DNA of 32,000 nt from Nitrosopumilus maritimus SCM1 (lineage in GTDB: Archaea; Thermoproteota; Nitrososphaeria; Nitrososphaerales; Nitrosopumilaceae). Below the pieces are notes generated by a model. The model was not told the origin of the DNA. It saw only the letters and a program-made list of their open reading frames with translations, and ran no database searches. The stretch lies in assembly GCF_000018465.1 (NCBI RefSeq), contig NC_010085.1, positions 210,001 to 242,000 on the forward strand, given 5' to 3'. The translations under genes were made by a program, and so were the position numbers. Below, one piece after another: positions 15,955 to 23,805 of this stretch (its first letter is position 1; each line of letters opens with the position of its first letter).

Positions 15955-16817
15955 TCTCTTTTTGAAAATCCGTACTTCTTTTCCATCTTCCTGAATTTTG
16001 AAAGTTCTACAAGATCATTGAATTGATCAAAATTAACTACTTTGTTTTTGTATTTGGAAGTCGTTCCTGTTTTCTTTAATTCTTGAAGTATGTTCATTGT
16101 GGCAAAAGTATTTGCAAACAATACTGATAACGGGTACAAAATTATTTTGAATCCCATTTTGTGCAAGTCTTGTGCTGAACTTATTGGAGTTGCTCCTCCT
16201 TCAATCATGTTTGCAACTAGTGGTGCCTTAATTGACTTTCCAATCTGTTTCATCTCTTCAATTGATCTTGGTGCTTCAACAAATACTGCATCTGCACCTG
16301 TTTTTTTATTTTGTAATCCTCTTTCTATTGCTGCATCCAGTCCTTCTGTTGCTCTTGCATCTGTTCTTGCAACAATTATGAAATCTTTACTTTCTCTTGC
16401 ATCAATTGCTGCACCAAGCTTTTCAGTATATTCTTCTTGTGACACAACTTCTTTTCCTTGCATGTGTCCGCATCTTTTTGGCCATCTTTGATCTTCTAGA
16501 AAAATTCCTGATGCCCCTGCAGATTCTAATTCTTTTACAAGCTTCCACACACTTAGTGCATTTCCATAACCTGTGTCTGAATCTACTATTACAGGAACTT
16601 TAACTGCTCTACAAATTCTCCTTGCATTGTCAACTGTTTCTGTTGCACCTATGAATCCATAATCTGGCATTCCAAAGAGAGTAGCTGATGTACCATATCC
16701 TGTTTGAAACATTGCATCAAATCCAACCTTCTCTGCAATTTTTGCACCAATTGCATCATAAACTCCAGGAATAATCAAAGGCTTGTTAGATTTTAGCATA
16801 CTACGTAAATTTTTCAT
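15951..16817 (-). CDS. Isocitrate lyase/PEP mutase superfamily enzyme (methylisocitrate lyase / carboxy-PEP mutase-like)
   Basis: 'DSDTGYG', 'EDQRWPKRCGH' (K-[KR]-C-G-H active-site loop), 'ARTDA'. Substrate cannot be assigned from sequence alone. Confidence 0.8.
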   Translation of the reverse strand: MKNLRSMLKSNKPLIIPGVYDAIGAKIAEKVGFDAMFQTGYGTSATLFGMPDYGFIGATETVDNARRICRAVKVPVIVDSDTGYGNALSVWKLVKELESAGASGIFLEDQRWPKRCGHMQGKEVVSQEEYTEKLGAAIDARESKDFIIVARTDARATEGLDAAIERGLQNKKTGADAVFVEAPRSIEEMKQIGKSIKAPLVANMIEGGATPISSAQDLHKMGFKIILYPLSVLFANTFATMNILQELKKTGTTSKYKNKVVNFDQFNDLVELSKFRKMEKKYGFSKRE

Positions 16818-17019
16818 AAATTTACTTTTTTTCTGAATTATTTATGATTTTAAACAACTATCTAATTTACTATTGTCTTTTGTACCCATGAGTTTTTTAC
16901 AATTTCTTAATATCAAAAAATTTTACATTATGGCGACATATGCTATTTTTGATTCTCTTCTACCTCAGTATCATAATTCTTTGAAATAATTGATCGCTAT
17001 AGATTGTGAATTCTAAAAT

Positions 17020-17529
17020 TTAGTCGATTTTGATCTCTTTGCCTTTCTTTTCAACATCTTTTGCATCAATCTTTTTTAGTTCTTCTTGAAGAAATTTTCT
17101 GTATTTTTCAGTTTCTTCAGTAGTCATATTTGCAACATTTGAACTCAAGATTGCTCCCATTGATGATATTTTTTCCAACAAGTCCATTGCTACAAATCTT
17201 CCAACATTTCCTAATCTGAAAAGAACATCTAATTGCTTTTTTACAATGTCATTGACTTTGTCTACGTCTTGTGCAGTTTCAGCACCTTTCTCTGTTAGTT
17301 GATACTTTCCATCTTTAGTTTCTTGAATTAATCCTTCATCTAACAATCTTCCTAACAATGGATAGATCAGACCTGGTGATGGTTTCCAAATTCCATTACT
17401 TTGTTCAACTGCATAATCGATAATCTCTTTTCCAGTTTGCTCTTTTTTCTTCAATAATTCTAGAATGAAGTATCTTGAAAATCCTCTTGGAACTGAACTT
17501 CCTACTCTTTGAAACCACTCAGAAATCAT
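17020..17529 (-). CDS. PadR-family winged-helix transcriptional regulator
   Basis: 'ILELLKKKEQTGKEIIDY...PSPGLIYPLLGRLLDEGLI' PadR signature plus a C-terminal coiled-coil extension. The longest ORF starts at GTG 17544. ATG 17529 is preferred because 17528-17551 is a non-coding-looking palindrome and a TATATAT box lies 25 nt upstream of that ATG. Confidence 0.85.
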   Translation of the reverse strand: MISEWFQRVGSSVPRGFSRYFILELLKKKEQTGKEIIDYAVEQSNGIWKPSPGLIYPLLGRLLDEGLIQETKDGKYQLTEKGAETAQDVDKVNDIVKKQLDVLFRLGNVGRFVAMDLLEKISSMGAILSSNVANMTTEETEKYRKFLQEELKKIDAKDVEKKGKEIKID

Positions 17530-17551
17530 CACTAGTGATATCACTAGTGAT
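17528..17551. promoter_or_regulatory. Perfect 24-bp palindrome: two tandem copies of ATCACTAGTGAT; candidate PadR operator
   Basis: ATCACTAGTGAT at 17528-17539 and again at 17540-17551. Each copy is self-complementary. The element lies between the TATATAT box (17551-17557) and the padR ATG, which it overlaps. Confidence 0.6.
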
Positions 17552-17589
17552 ATATATGAGCATTTTGGATCACGCCTAGCAATTACTAC

Positions 17590-17597
17590 ATATTTAT
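17590..17597 (+). promoter_or_regulatory. TATA-like box (ATATTTAT, followed by CCC) for the sdh operon
   Basis: Centred ~30 nt upstream of the sdhA ATG at 17624. Confidence 0.4.
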
Positions 17598-17623
17598 CCC
17601 GCCCTAAGCAAGTTTGTCTTAAA

Positions 17624-19336
17624 ATGGTCGATTCAATTGAGTTTGATTTGATAATTTGTGGTTCTGGCTTAGCTGGTCTTAGGGCAGCAATTGCAGCTGC
17701 GAAAAAAGGACCTAATCTGAAAATTGGTATTGTATCAAAATTACAAGTAATGCGTTCTCACTCTGTTTCTGCAGAAGGTGGAACTGCTGCAGTTATTCAA
17801 GAAGATGCAGGTGATACCATTGAATCCCATGTTTATGATACTGTAAAGGGCAGTGACTTTCTTGCAGACCAAGATGTTGCTGAAAGACTTTGTGTTGAGA
17901 TGCCACAAGAAATCCATCAGTTAGATCATTGGGGCATGCCATGGTCTAGAAAAGATGATGGAAGAATTGATCAGCGAAACTTTGGTGGTTATAGTTTTCC
18001 AAGAGCAACTTATGCATCTGACAAAGTTGGTTTCTTTGAAATGCAAACATTGTATGACACATGTCAAAAACATGAAAATATAGAATATCTTAACGAATGG
18101 TTTGCAACATCTATTGTTCATGATGGTAAAAAATTCATGGGTCTTACGGCAATTGAATTAGGTTCTGGAACATTTTACACAATCAAAGGTAAAGCTCTCA
18201 TCATTGCAACTGGTGGTGCTGGAAGATTGTACAGTTTTTCAACTTATGCTTTATCATCAACACCTGATGGTTTAGACATGGGATTGCGTGCCGGTATGGC
18301 ACTAAAAGATATGGAGTTTGTACAATTTCATCCTACTGGTATCTTGCCATCTGGTATTTTGATCACTGAAGGTGCAAGAGGAGAAGGTGGTTATCTTCTT
18401 AACAACAAAGGTGAAAGATTCATGAAAACTTATGCAGCTGGAAAAATGGAATTAGCTCCACGTGATATTGTTTCTCGTTCTATTATGACAGAAATTCAAG
18501 AAGGTCGTGGTTTCAAACATGAAACAGGAGTTGATTGTATGAAACTTGATTTGAGACATCTTGGTGATGAAAAAATCAAAGAAAAGTTAGGTGGAATTAG
18601 AGAAATTTCTATCAAATTCTCAGGAATTGATCCTGCTGAAGAATTACTTGACATTAGACCTGTTTGCCATTACATGATGGGTGGGCTTCATACTGATATT
18701 GATGGAGCAACAGAAATCCAAGGAGTTTGGGCTGCAGGTGAGGCTGCATGTAACAGTGTTCATGGCTCAAACAGACTAGGTGCAAACTCTACCTCTGAGT
18801 GCATTGTTTGGGGTAAAATCACAGGTGAACTTGCAGCTGAGTATGCTATGAAAAACACAACTGCAGATCAATGGCCACATCACTTGGTTGCAGCAGAAGA
18901 AAAGAGAATCTATGATGGCATCTTTAGAGGAAATGGTGATGCAAATCCATATGAAATTAGACAAGAGTTAACTGATGTCATGAATGACAAAGCATATGTT
19001 TACAGAAACGAAACTGATCTTGTTGCAGGTCTTAAGAGAATTCGTGAACTAAAAGCACAAACTTGGAAACATGTTGATGATAAAGCAAAAGAGTACAACA
19101 CTAACTTTTCAAATGTTATGGAACTTGATTCTATGTTCAGAGTAGCTGAAATTGTATTAATTGGTGCAATTAATAGAAAAGAATCTCGTGGTGCTCATGC
19201 AAGAACTGATTATACTAAAAGAGATGATGCAAACTTTTTGCATCACACATTAGCATATTATGATCCAAATGAACCAATCATGAAGACGCATCCAGTGACA
19301 ATCACTAAGTATCAGCCTGTGGAGAGGAAATACTAG
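17624..19336 (+). CDS. sdhA: Succinate dehydrogenase/fumarate reductase flavoprotein subunit
   Basis: 570 aa. FAD-binding 'GSGLAGLRAA', covalent-FAD histidine context 'RSHSVSAEGG', 'HPTG', 'RLGANS'. Confidence 0.95.
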   Translation: MVDSIEFDLIICGSGLAGLRAAIAAAKKGPNLKIGIVSKLQVMRSHSVSAEGGTAAVIQEDAGDTIESHVYDTVKGSDFLADQDVAERLCVEMPQEIHQLDHWGMPWSRKDDGRIDQRNFGGYSFPRATYASDKVGFFEMQTLYDTCQKHENIEYLNEWFATSIVHDGKKFMGLTAIELGSGTFYTIKGKALIIATGGAGRLYSFSTYALSSTPDGLDMGLRAGMALKDMEFVQFHPTGILPSGILITEGARGEGGYLLNNKGERFMKTYAAGKMELAPRDIVSRSIMTEIQEGRGFKHETGVDCMKLDLRHLGDEKIKEKLGGIREISIKFSGIDPAEELLDIRPVCHYMMGGLHTDIDGATEIQGVWAAGEAACNSVHGSNRLGANSTSECIVWGKITGELAAEYAMKNTTADQWPHHLVAAEEKRIYDGIFRGNGDANPYEIRQELTDVMNDKAYVYRNETDLVAGLKRIRELKAQTWKHVDDKAKEYNTNFSNVMELDSMFRVAEIVLIGAINRKESRGAHARTDYTKRDDANFLHHTLAYYDPNEPIMKTHPVTITKYQPVERKY

Positions 19337-19768
19337 ATGACTCAAGACGAACACAAAGAAGGTTTCAAGGGAATGGCTAATCCTAGTCGTTATGGAATTG
19401 AAAGAGTAGCTTATTGGTTAATGAGATTAAGTGGTTTAGGATTATTAGCATATTTTATCGGTCACATTTATGAAACTAGTAATATTTTACGCGGACGTGT
19501 AGGATGGAATGAGTTTCTCGAATTAACTCAAACCACTGAAGGACACATTGTTTTGGCAATTGTAATTGCAATGTGTGTTTTTCATACCGTTAATGGAATT
19601 AGAGTAATGTTGGGACATGGTGGAGTTGGTGTTGGAAAACCTGCAAGACCTGATTATCCATATGACCCAGCATCTCAAAATTACAGACACAAGATAGGAA
19701 TCTATTCTGCAATAATTCTTGCTGCAATTGCTATGATGTACGGATTAGCCGTAATGTTTGGTGAGTAA
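19337..19768 (+). CDS. sdhC: Succinate dehydrogenase membrane anchor/cytochrome b-like subunit
   Basis: 143-aa, 3-TM hydrophobic protein. Its ATG directly follows the sdhA stop. Conserved His in 'FHTVNGIRVMLGH'. Assignment is mainly by operon position. Confidence 0.7.
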   Translation: MTQDEHKEGFKGMANPSRYGIERVAYWLMRLSGLGLLAYFIGHIYETSNILRGRVGWNEFLELTQTTEGHIVLAIVIAMCVFHTVNGIRVMLGHGGVGVGKPARPDYPYDPASQNYRHKIGIYSAIILAAIAMMYGLAVMFGE

Positions 19769-19769
19769 A

Positions 19770-20114
19770 ATGAGAGAAAGTACTATTATGAAAATCCACT
19801 ATGGAACTGCTTTAGCAGCAGTTGCCTTAGTTGCTGTTCACATATTGATGCGTATGACTATGAATTTTGCTGACTCTTTAGAATATGAAACTGTTCTTGC
19901 AAATTACAAATTCATTCCTTATGCTATAATGTTAGAATTAATCCTAGTTTTGCTTTCAGTGCATGGATTTAATGGACTAAGAGTGATCTTATTGGAACTT
20001 AAACAAGGACGTGTATATGAAAAAGCAGTTTCTTATGGCTGTCTTGCAGCAATGTTTGCACTAATTGCATATGGTTCACGAACAATTATTATGACTAACA
20101 TGGGGATGGTATAG
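19770..20114 (+). CDS. sdhD: Succinate dehydrogenase second membrane anchor subunit
   Basis: Hydrophobic ~114 aa with 'VHGFNGLRVILLE', paralogous in pattern to the SdhC motif. ATG 19770 is preferred over the track's TTG 19758. Confidence 0.65.
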   Translation: MRESTIMKIHYGTALAAVALVAVHILMRMTMNFADSLEYETVLANYKFIPYAIMLELILVLLSVHGFNGLRVILLELKQGRVYEKAVSYGCLAAMFALIAYGSRTIIMTNMGMV

Positions 20115-20116
20115 AG

Positions 20117-20866
20117 ATGGCACAAGTTTCTAGTATTGCAGATGACCAATCTTCTCAATCAATCACACTTAGAATTGCAAGATACAATCCTGAAAAAGAC
20201 AGTGAACGACAATTCATGGAATTCACTGTTCCCTATGAAAAGTGGACTACTGTACTTGAAGCAATTCTTGATGTAAAGAAACACTTTGATCATTCTGTTG
20301 CAGTTCGTTATTCATGCAGACAAGCAACATGTGGTTCATGTGGAATGATAATTAATGGAAAACCAAGACTAGCATGCTTTACAAAAATTAGTGAACTTGA
20401 TTCAAATATTGTAACTGTAGAACCAATGAACAACTTCCCAATTATTCGTGACTTGGCTGTTAAGTTTGAAAGACTATTTGACACTCATCATAAAATCAAA
20501 CCTTATCTTGATAGGGATGATACTGAATTAGAATCTGATGCAAAAGAATTCTTGCAATCTCCAGAAGAATTAGAACAATACATCCAATTTGCAAATTGTA
20601 TCAAATGTGGATTGTGTAATTCTGCATGTCCTACTATGGCTACTGATTCTTCATTTGTAGGTCCACAAGCACTTGCTCAAGCCTATCGTTATGTGGCAGA
20701 TAGTAGAGACAAAGGAAAAGATTCTAGACTAAAAATCATTGATGAATCTCACGGAATTTGGAGATGTCATTTCGCAGGCTCTTGTAGTCAGGTGTGTCCA
20801 AAAGGTGTTGACCCTGCAATGGGAATTCAACTTCTTAGAGGATATATGCTTGGTTTTAGAAGTTAA
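20117..20866 (+). CDS. sdhB: Succinate dehydrogenase iron-sulfur subunit
   Basis: [2Fe-2S] 'CRQATCGSCGMIINGKPRLAC', [4Fe-4S] 'CIKCGLCNSACP', [3Fe-4S] 'CHFAGSCSQVCP'. Confidence 0.93.
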   Translation: MAQVSSIADDQSSQSITLRIARYNPEKDSERQFMEFTVPYEKWTTVLEAILDVKKHFDHSVAVRYSCRQATCGSCGMIINGKPRLACFTKISELDSNIVTVEPMNNFPIIRDLAVKFERLFDTHHKIKPYLDRDDTELESDAKEFLQSPEELEQYIQFANCIKCGLCNSACPTMATDSSFVGPQALAQAYRYVADSRDKGKDSRLKIIDESHGIWRCHFAGSCSQVCPKGVDPAMGIQLLRGYMLGFRS

Positions 20867-21186
20867 CCAAGTTTTTTTGGATTTGGACTATTGTTAACTT
20901 GATTGTTAATTTGCTCTGCCATAAAGTGATTTGATACATTCACTTTAACATCATCAACGCCATCTACTTTCAAAAGATTGTCATGTATATCTTGACAAAT
21001 TTTAAAACCAAACACTGCTGGACAGAATGGACTTGTTAAGTGCAAATCAACTTTAACATCGCTACCATTGATATCAACTTCATCAATTAATTCTAGTTCT
21101 ACAATTGATGTGTTAATTTCTGGATCTACAATCTTTGATAACTCGTCGAATAGTTTTACTCGAAGCTGTTTGATATCTTGACTCAT
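20863..21186 (-). CDS. DUF59/MIP18-family Fe-S assembly-related protein
   Basis: 'IVDPEINTSIVELELIDEV...HLTSPFCP' DUF59 signature. The longest ORF (to 21219) would start inside the TATATATA box; ATG 21186 lies ~25 nt from that box. Confidence 0.75.
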   Translation of the reverse strand: MSQDIKQLRVKLFDELSKIVDPEINTSIVELELIDEVDINGSDVKVDLHLTSPFCPAVFGFKICQDIHDNLLKVDGVDDVKVNVSNHFMAEQINNQVNNSPNPKKLG

Positions 21187-21206
21187 GTGGGCAAAAGCGT
21201 CGATGC

Positions 21207-21214
21207 TATATATA
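21207..21214. promoter_or_regulatory. Palindromic TATATATA box equidistant from two divergent start codons
   Basis: The centre (21210.5) is 24.5 nt from ATG 21186 (minus strand, DUF59) and 25.5 nt from ATG 21236 (plus strand, argH). Confidence 0.5.
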
Positions 21215-21235
21215 ACCATTCTAGAACCTTAGGTA

Positions 21236-22693
21236 ATGTATCGTTCACGTCTTGGAAATGATTTGAGTGATATTACTTTAGATTATGTTTCATCCATTGA
21301 TGATGATGCTGCAATCACTTTTTATGATATTGTTGGAAGTCAAGCTCATGTTTTGATGTTATATCAACAAAAAATAATCACAAAAAGTGATGCAAAGAAG
21401 ATTCTTTCTTCTTTGGAGAGCTTGAAAGATGAAACATTTGATTCATCATCTGGTGCTGAAGATATTCATGAATTAATTGAAGCACTAGTAATCAAAAGGG
21501 CTGGAATGTCCAGTGGAGGTAAAATGCACACTGCACGTTCAAGAAATGATCAAGTTGTTTTAGATATTAGAATGAAAATTAGAGATGATATCAATATTAT
21601 CTGTAATTGTCTTTTAGATACTATTGAAGCACTAGTTTCTGTGGCTAAAAATCACCAAAAAACAATCATGCCACTTTATACTCATCTTCAACAAGCTCAA
21701 GCTGGTTTATTCTCTCATTATCTTCTTGCACATGCAGATGTTTTATCAAGAGATTTCCAAAGACTCTATGGAACATTTGAAAGAATTAATCAAAGTCCAT
21801 TAGGTGCAGGACCTGTTGGCGGAACAAGTATTTCAATTGATAGACGCAGCACTGCAAAGATGTTAGGTTTTGATGATGTAGTTGAAAATTCAATTGATGC
21901 AACTAGCACACGTGACTTTGTAGCAGAGTATGTCTCAATGGTCTCAATTTTAATGACTAATCTTAGTAAAATTGCTGAAGATTTTGTAATTTGGTCTACT
22001 TCTGAATTTTCTTTTATTGAATTATCTGATGAATTTACATCACCATCAAGTGTAATGCCACAAAAGAAAAACCCTGACATCTTAGAGCTAACTCGTGGAA
22101 AAACATCTGAAGTTATTGGAAATCTTACTGCAATTTTAACTACTGTTAAAGGACTGGCCTCTGGTTATGGACGTGATTTACAACAGATAAAATCTTCAAT
22201 TTGGTCTACCTCAAAGATTTCAATCAGTGCTCTTTTAATTTTCAAATCAATGCTTCTTACTTTGAAAGTAAATGAAAAACAAATGAAAAAAGTAACAGAA
22301 TCTAGTAATCTCATTGCTTTAGATATTGCAGAAAAATTAGTTCAAGAAGGAATTCCATTCCGTGTAACTCATAAAATTGCTGGCTCTTTAACCCAATTGG
22401 CACATTTATCAAAAAAACCGATTTCAAAACTTACTCCATCTGATATCAAAAAATCTGTGGCTGACACCAAAGTTGATCCTAAACTCGTCTTAGAAATTAT
22501 TTCTTCTATAACTGTGGTATCCTCTTTAAAGGAGAGAAAATCATATGGTTCTTCAGGATACGATGAACAAAAACGAATGATTTCAGATAGACTCAAAAAA
22601 ATTAATGATTTTAGAACTGATCTTACTCATAGAGAAAACAAAATCAATTCTTCTCTTGAAGATTTGAAAAAACAAATTGATGAAATTATTTAA
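21236..22693 (+). CDS. argH: Argininosuccinate lyase
   Basis: Fumarate-lyase superfamily signature 'SSVMPQKKNPD', 'TARSRNDQ', 'YTHLQQAQ'. 485 aa. Confidence 0.93.
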   Translation: MYRSRLGNDLSDITLDYVSSIDDDAAITFYDIVGSQAHVLMLYQQKIITKSDAKKILSSLESLKDETFDSSSGAEDIHELIEALVIKRAGMSSGGKMHTARSRNDQVVLDIRMKIRDDINIICNCLLDTIEALVSVAKNHQKTIMPLYTHLQQAQAGLFSHYLLAHADVLSRDFQRLYGTFERINQSPLGAGPVGGTSISIDRRSTAKMLGFDDVVENSIDATSTRDFVAEYVSMVSILMTNLSKIAEDFVIWSTSEFSFIELSDEFTSPSSVMPQKKNPDILELTRGKTSEVIGNLTAILTTVKGLASGYGRDLQQIKSSIWSTSKISISALLIFKSMLLTLKVNEKQMKKVTESSNLIALDIAEKLVQEGIPFRVTHKIAGSLTQLAHLSKKPISKLTPSDIKKSVADTKVDPKLVLEIISSITVVSSLKERKSYGSSGYDEQKRMISDRLKKINDFRTDLTHRENKINSSLEDLKKQIDEII

Positions 22694-22708
22694 TGAAAAA
22701 GAAAAGTA

Positions 22709-22782
22709 GCGGGTCTAAAGGGATTCGGACCCTTGACAACCGGATTAAAAGTCCGGTGCGCTACCTGGCTGCGCCATAGACC
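22709..22782 (-). tRNA. tRNA-Lys (anticodon UUU)
   Basis: Reverse complement folds as GGGTCTA-TG-GCGC-AGCCAGGTA-GCGC-A-CCGGA-CTTTTAA-TCCGG-TTGTC-AAGGG-TCCGAAT-CCCTT-TAGACCC-G. Confidence 0.9.
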
Positions 22783-22879
22783 CTCACGAAAAATGCTTTA
22801 CGTGTATAATTTAGTCTTTTACAAAATTTATTGTTGTGACAGAAACTTTTAATCTGGCAATCTGATTCATTGAACTTGT

Positions 22880-22957
22880 GCCCTTGTAGTATAGCCCGGT
22901 CTAGAATTCGGCCCTGTCACGGCTGAGACGCGTGTTCAAATCCCGCCGAGGGCGCCA
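22880..22957 (+). tRNA. tRNA-Asp (anticodon GUC), with genomically encoded CCA
   Basis: Acceptor GCCCTTG/CGAGGGC. Anticodon stem CGGCC/GGCTG with loop CTGTCAC. T loop TTCAAAT. One U-C mismatch in my hand-folded T stem. It is the only one of the four tRNAs followed by CCA (22955-22957). Confidence 0.8.
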
Positions 22958-23061
22958 TTATTTTCATTTAATCATTTTCAAACCGATCACAATTGTTTTT
23001 TCGTTCTAAAACTAATGATTTGTAGTCTATATCACAAGAATATTAAAATTCAGGCAAATTT

Positions 23062-23793
23062 TTGATTATTTTGTTGTCTGAAGAGAAAAAAGAATCTGAA
23101 GTAGAAGCAAAACCTGCTGAAGATTTCGCATCAGAAAAACCATCTGCTGAAGACACTGCAAAAGCAGAAGCTGAAAAAGCCCTTGAAGATGCAAAAAAAG
23201 CATCTGATGCAACAGCAAAAGCAGAAGCTGCAGCAAAAGCAGTAGAAGAAGCTGAAAACGCTGTTAAAGAAGCTCTTGCAAAAGCTCAAGCTGCAAAAGA
23301 AGAAGCTGAAGCTGCTGCGGAAGAAGAATACAAAGCAATTGCAGCTGAAGTAAAAGCAGATGCTGCAAAAGCAGCTAATTACACCTTTAAGCGACAAGGT
23401 GAAGAAATCTTTAGACGTGAAATGGGAGAACCTGAATTTTGGTTAGAAAAAGAGGATCGTTTCCCACGACCAATTTTAACTGCTGAACAACAAGAATCTG
23501 TTACTAGACAAGTAGAAATTCCACAAGATCAAACTCCTGCTTATAATCCAGAAAATGTTCTTAGTCCGGAATTTGAAGGAAAATCAAATTATGAACGAGG
23601 TGTAGGTGAAATTTTAGAAGTTGCAAAATTAAAACTTGAAACATTAAAGAATAATCCTGATGCAACTGAAAAAGATATCAAAGACACAGAAGATGAAATT
23701 ACTTATTTAGAATCTTTACATGAAAATTACTTTATTGGAATGAATGTATTTAGAACAGCTCACGGCGGTAGAAGTAAAATAACAGCTAAATGA
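23062..23793 (+). CDS. Hypothetical protein: Ala/Glu/Lys-rich low-complexity helical N-terminal half plus a unique C-terminal domain
   Basis: 243-aa ORF. There is no in-frame ATG in the first ~120 codons (TTG candidates at 23062, 23071, 23074). Purine-rich imperfect repeats (GCAAAAGCAGAAGCTG occurs twice). No family recognised. Confidence 0.5.
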   Translation: MIILLSEEKKESEVEAKPAEDFASEKPSAEDTAKAEAEKALEDAKKASDATAKAEAAAKAVEEAENAVKEALAKAQAAKEEAEAAAEEEYKAIAAEVKADAAKAANYTFKRQGEEIFRREMGEPEFWLEKEDRFPRPILTAEQQESVTRQVEIPQDQTPAYNPENVLSPEFEGKSNYERGVGEILEVAKLKLETLKNNPDATEKDIKDTEDEITYLESLHENYFIGMNVFRTAHGGRSKITAK

Positions 23794-23805
23794 GGATGAT
23801 GTGCT

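Noticed and set aside
16930-16989. 19-codon plus-strand ORF (MATYAIFDSLLPQYHNSLK) in the 202-bp gap between the ICL/PEPM-family gene and padR
   Set aside because: It is too short, shows no recognisable pattern, and has no promoter-like box at the expected distance. The gap is better explained as the promoter of the downstream minus-strand gene plus the padR 3' region.
17530-17544. GTG-initiated N-terminal extension 'MISLV' of the PadR ORF
   Set aside because: The extension is encoded entirely by the tandem palindrome and would place the TATATAT box only ~7 nt from the start codon. ATG 17529 fits the promoter geometry.
22880-22957. tRNA-Asp as a possible pseudogene because of a U-C mismatch in the T stem of my hand fold
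   Set aside because: The acceptor, anticodon arm and T loop (TTCAAAT) are canonical, and a promoter-like TTTTAAT box sits ~30 nt upstream. A single mismatch is tolerable. tRNAscan-SE should confirm.
23131-23397. 88-aa minus-strand ORF (Cys/Phe/Ser-rich) antisense to the Ala/Glu/Lys-rich gene. Similar antisense ORFs lie at 58-246, 1004-1192, 6678-6926, 7293-7658, 12361-12630, 14339-14674, 16090-16491, 21790-22080 and 30912-31193.
   Set aside because: All lie entirely inside, and antisense to or out of frame with, longer ORFs that have clear family signatures. Their low-complexity, stop-poor composition is what is expected of shadow frames in AT-rich coding DNA.
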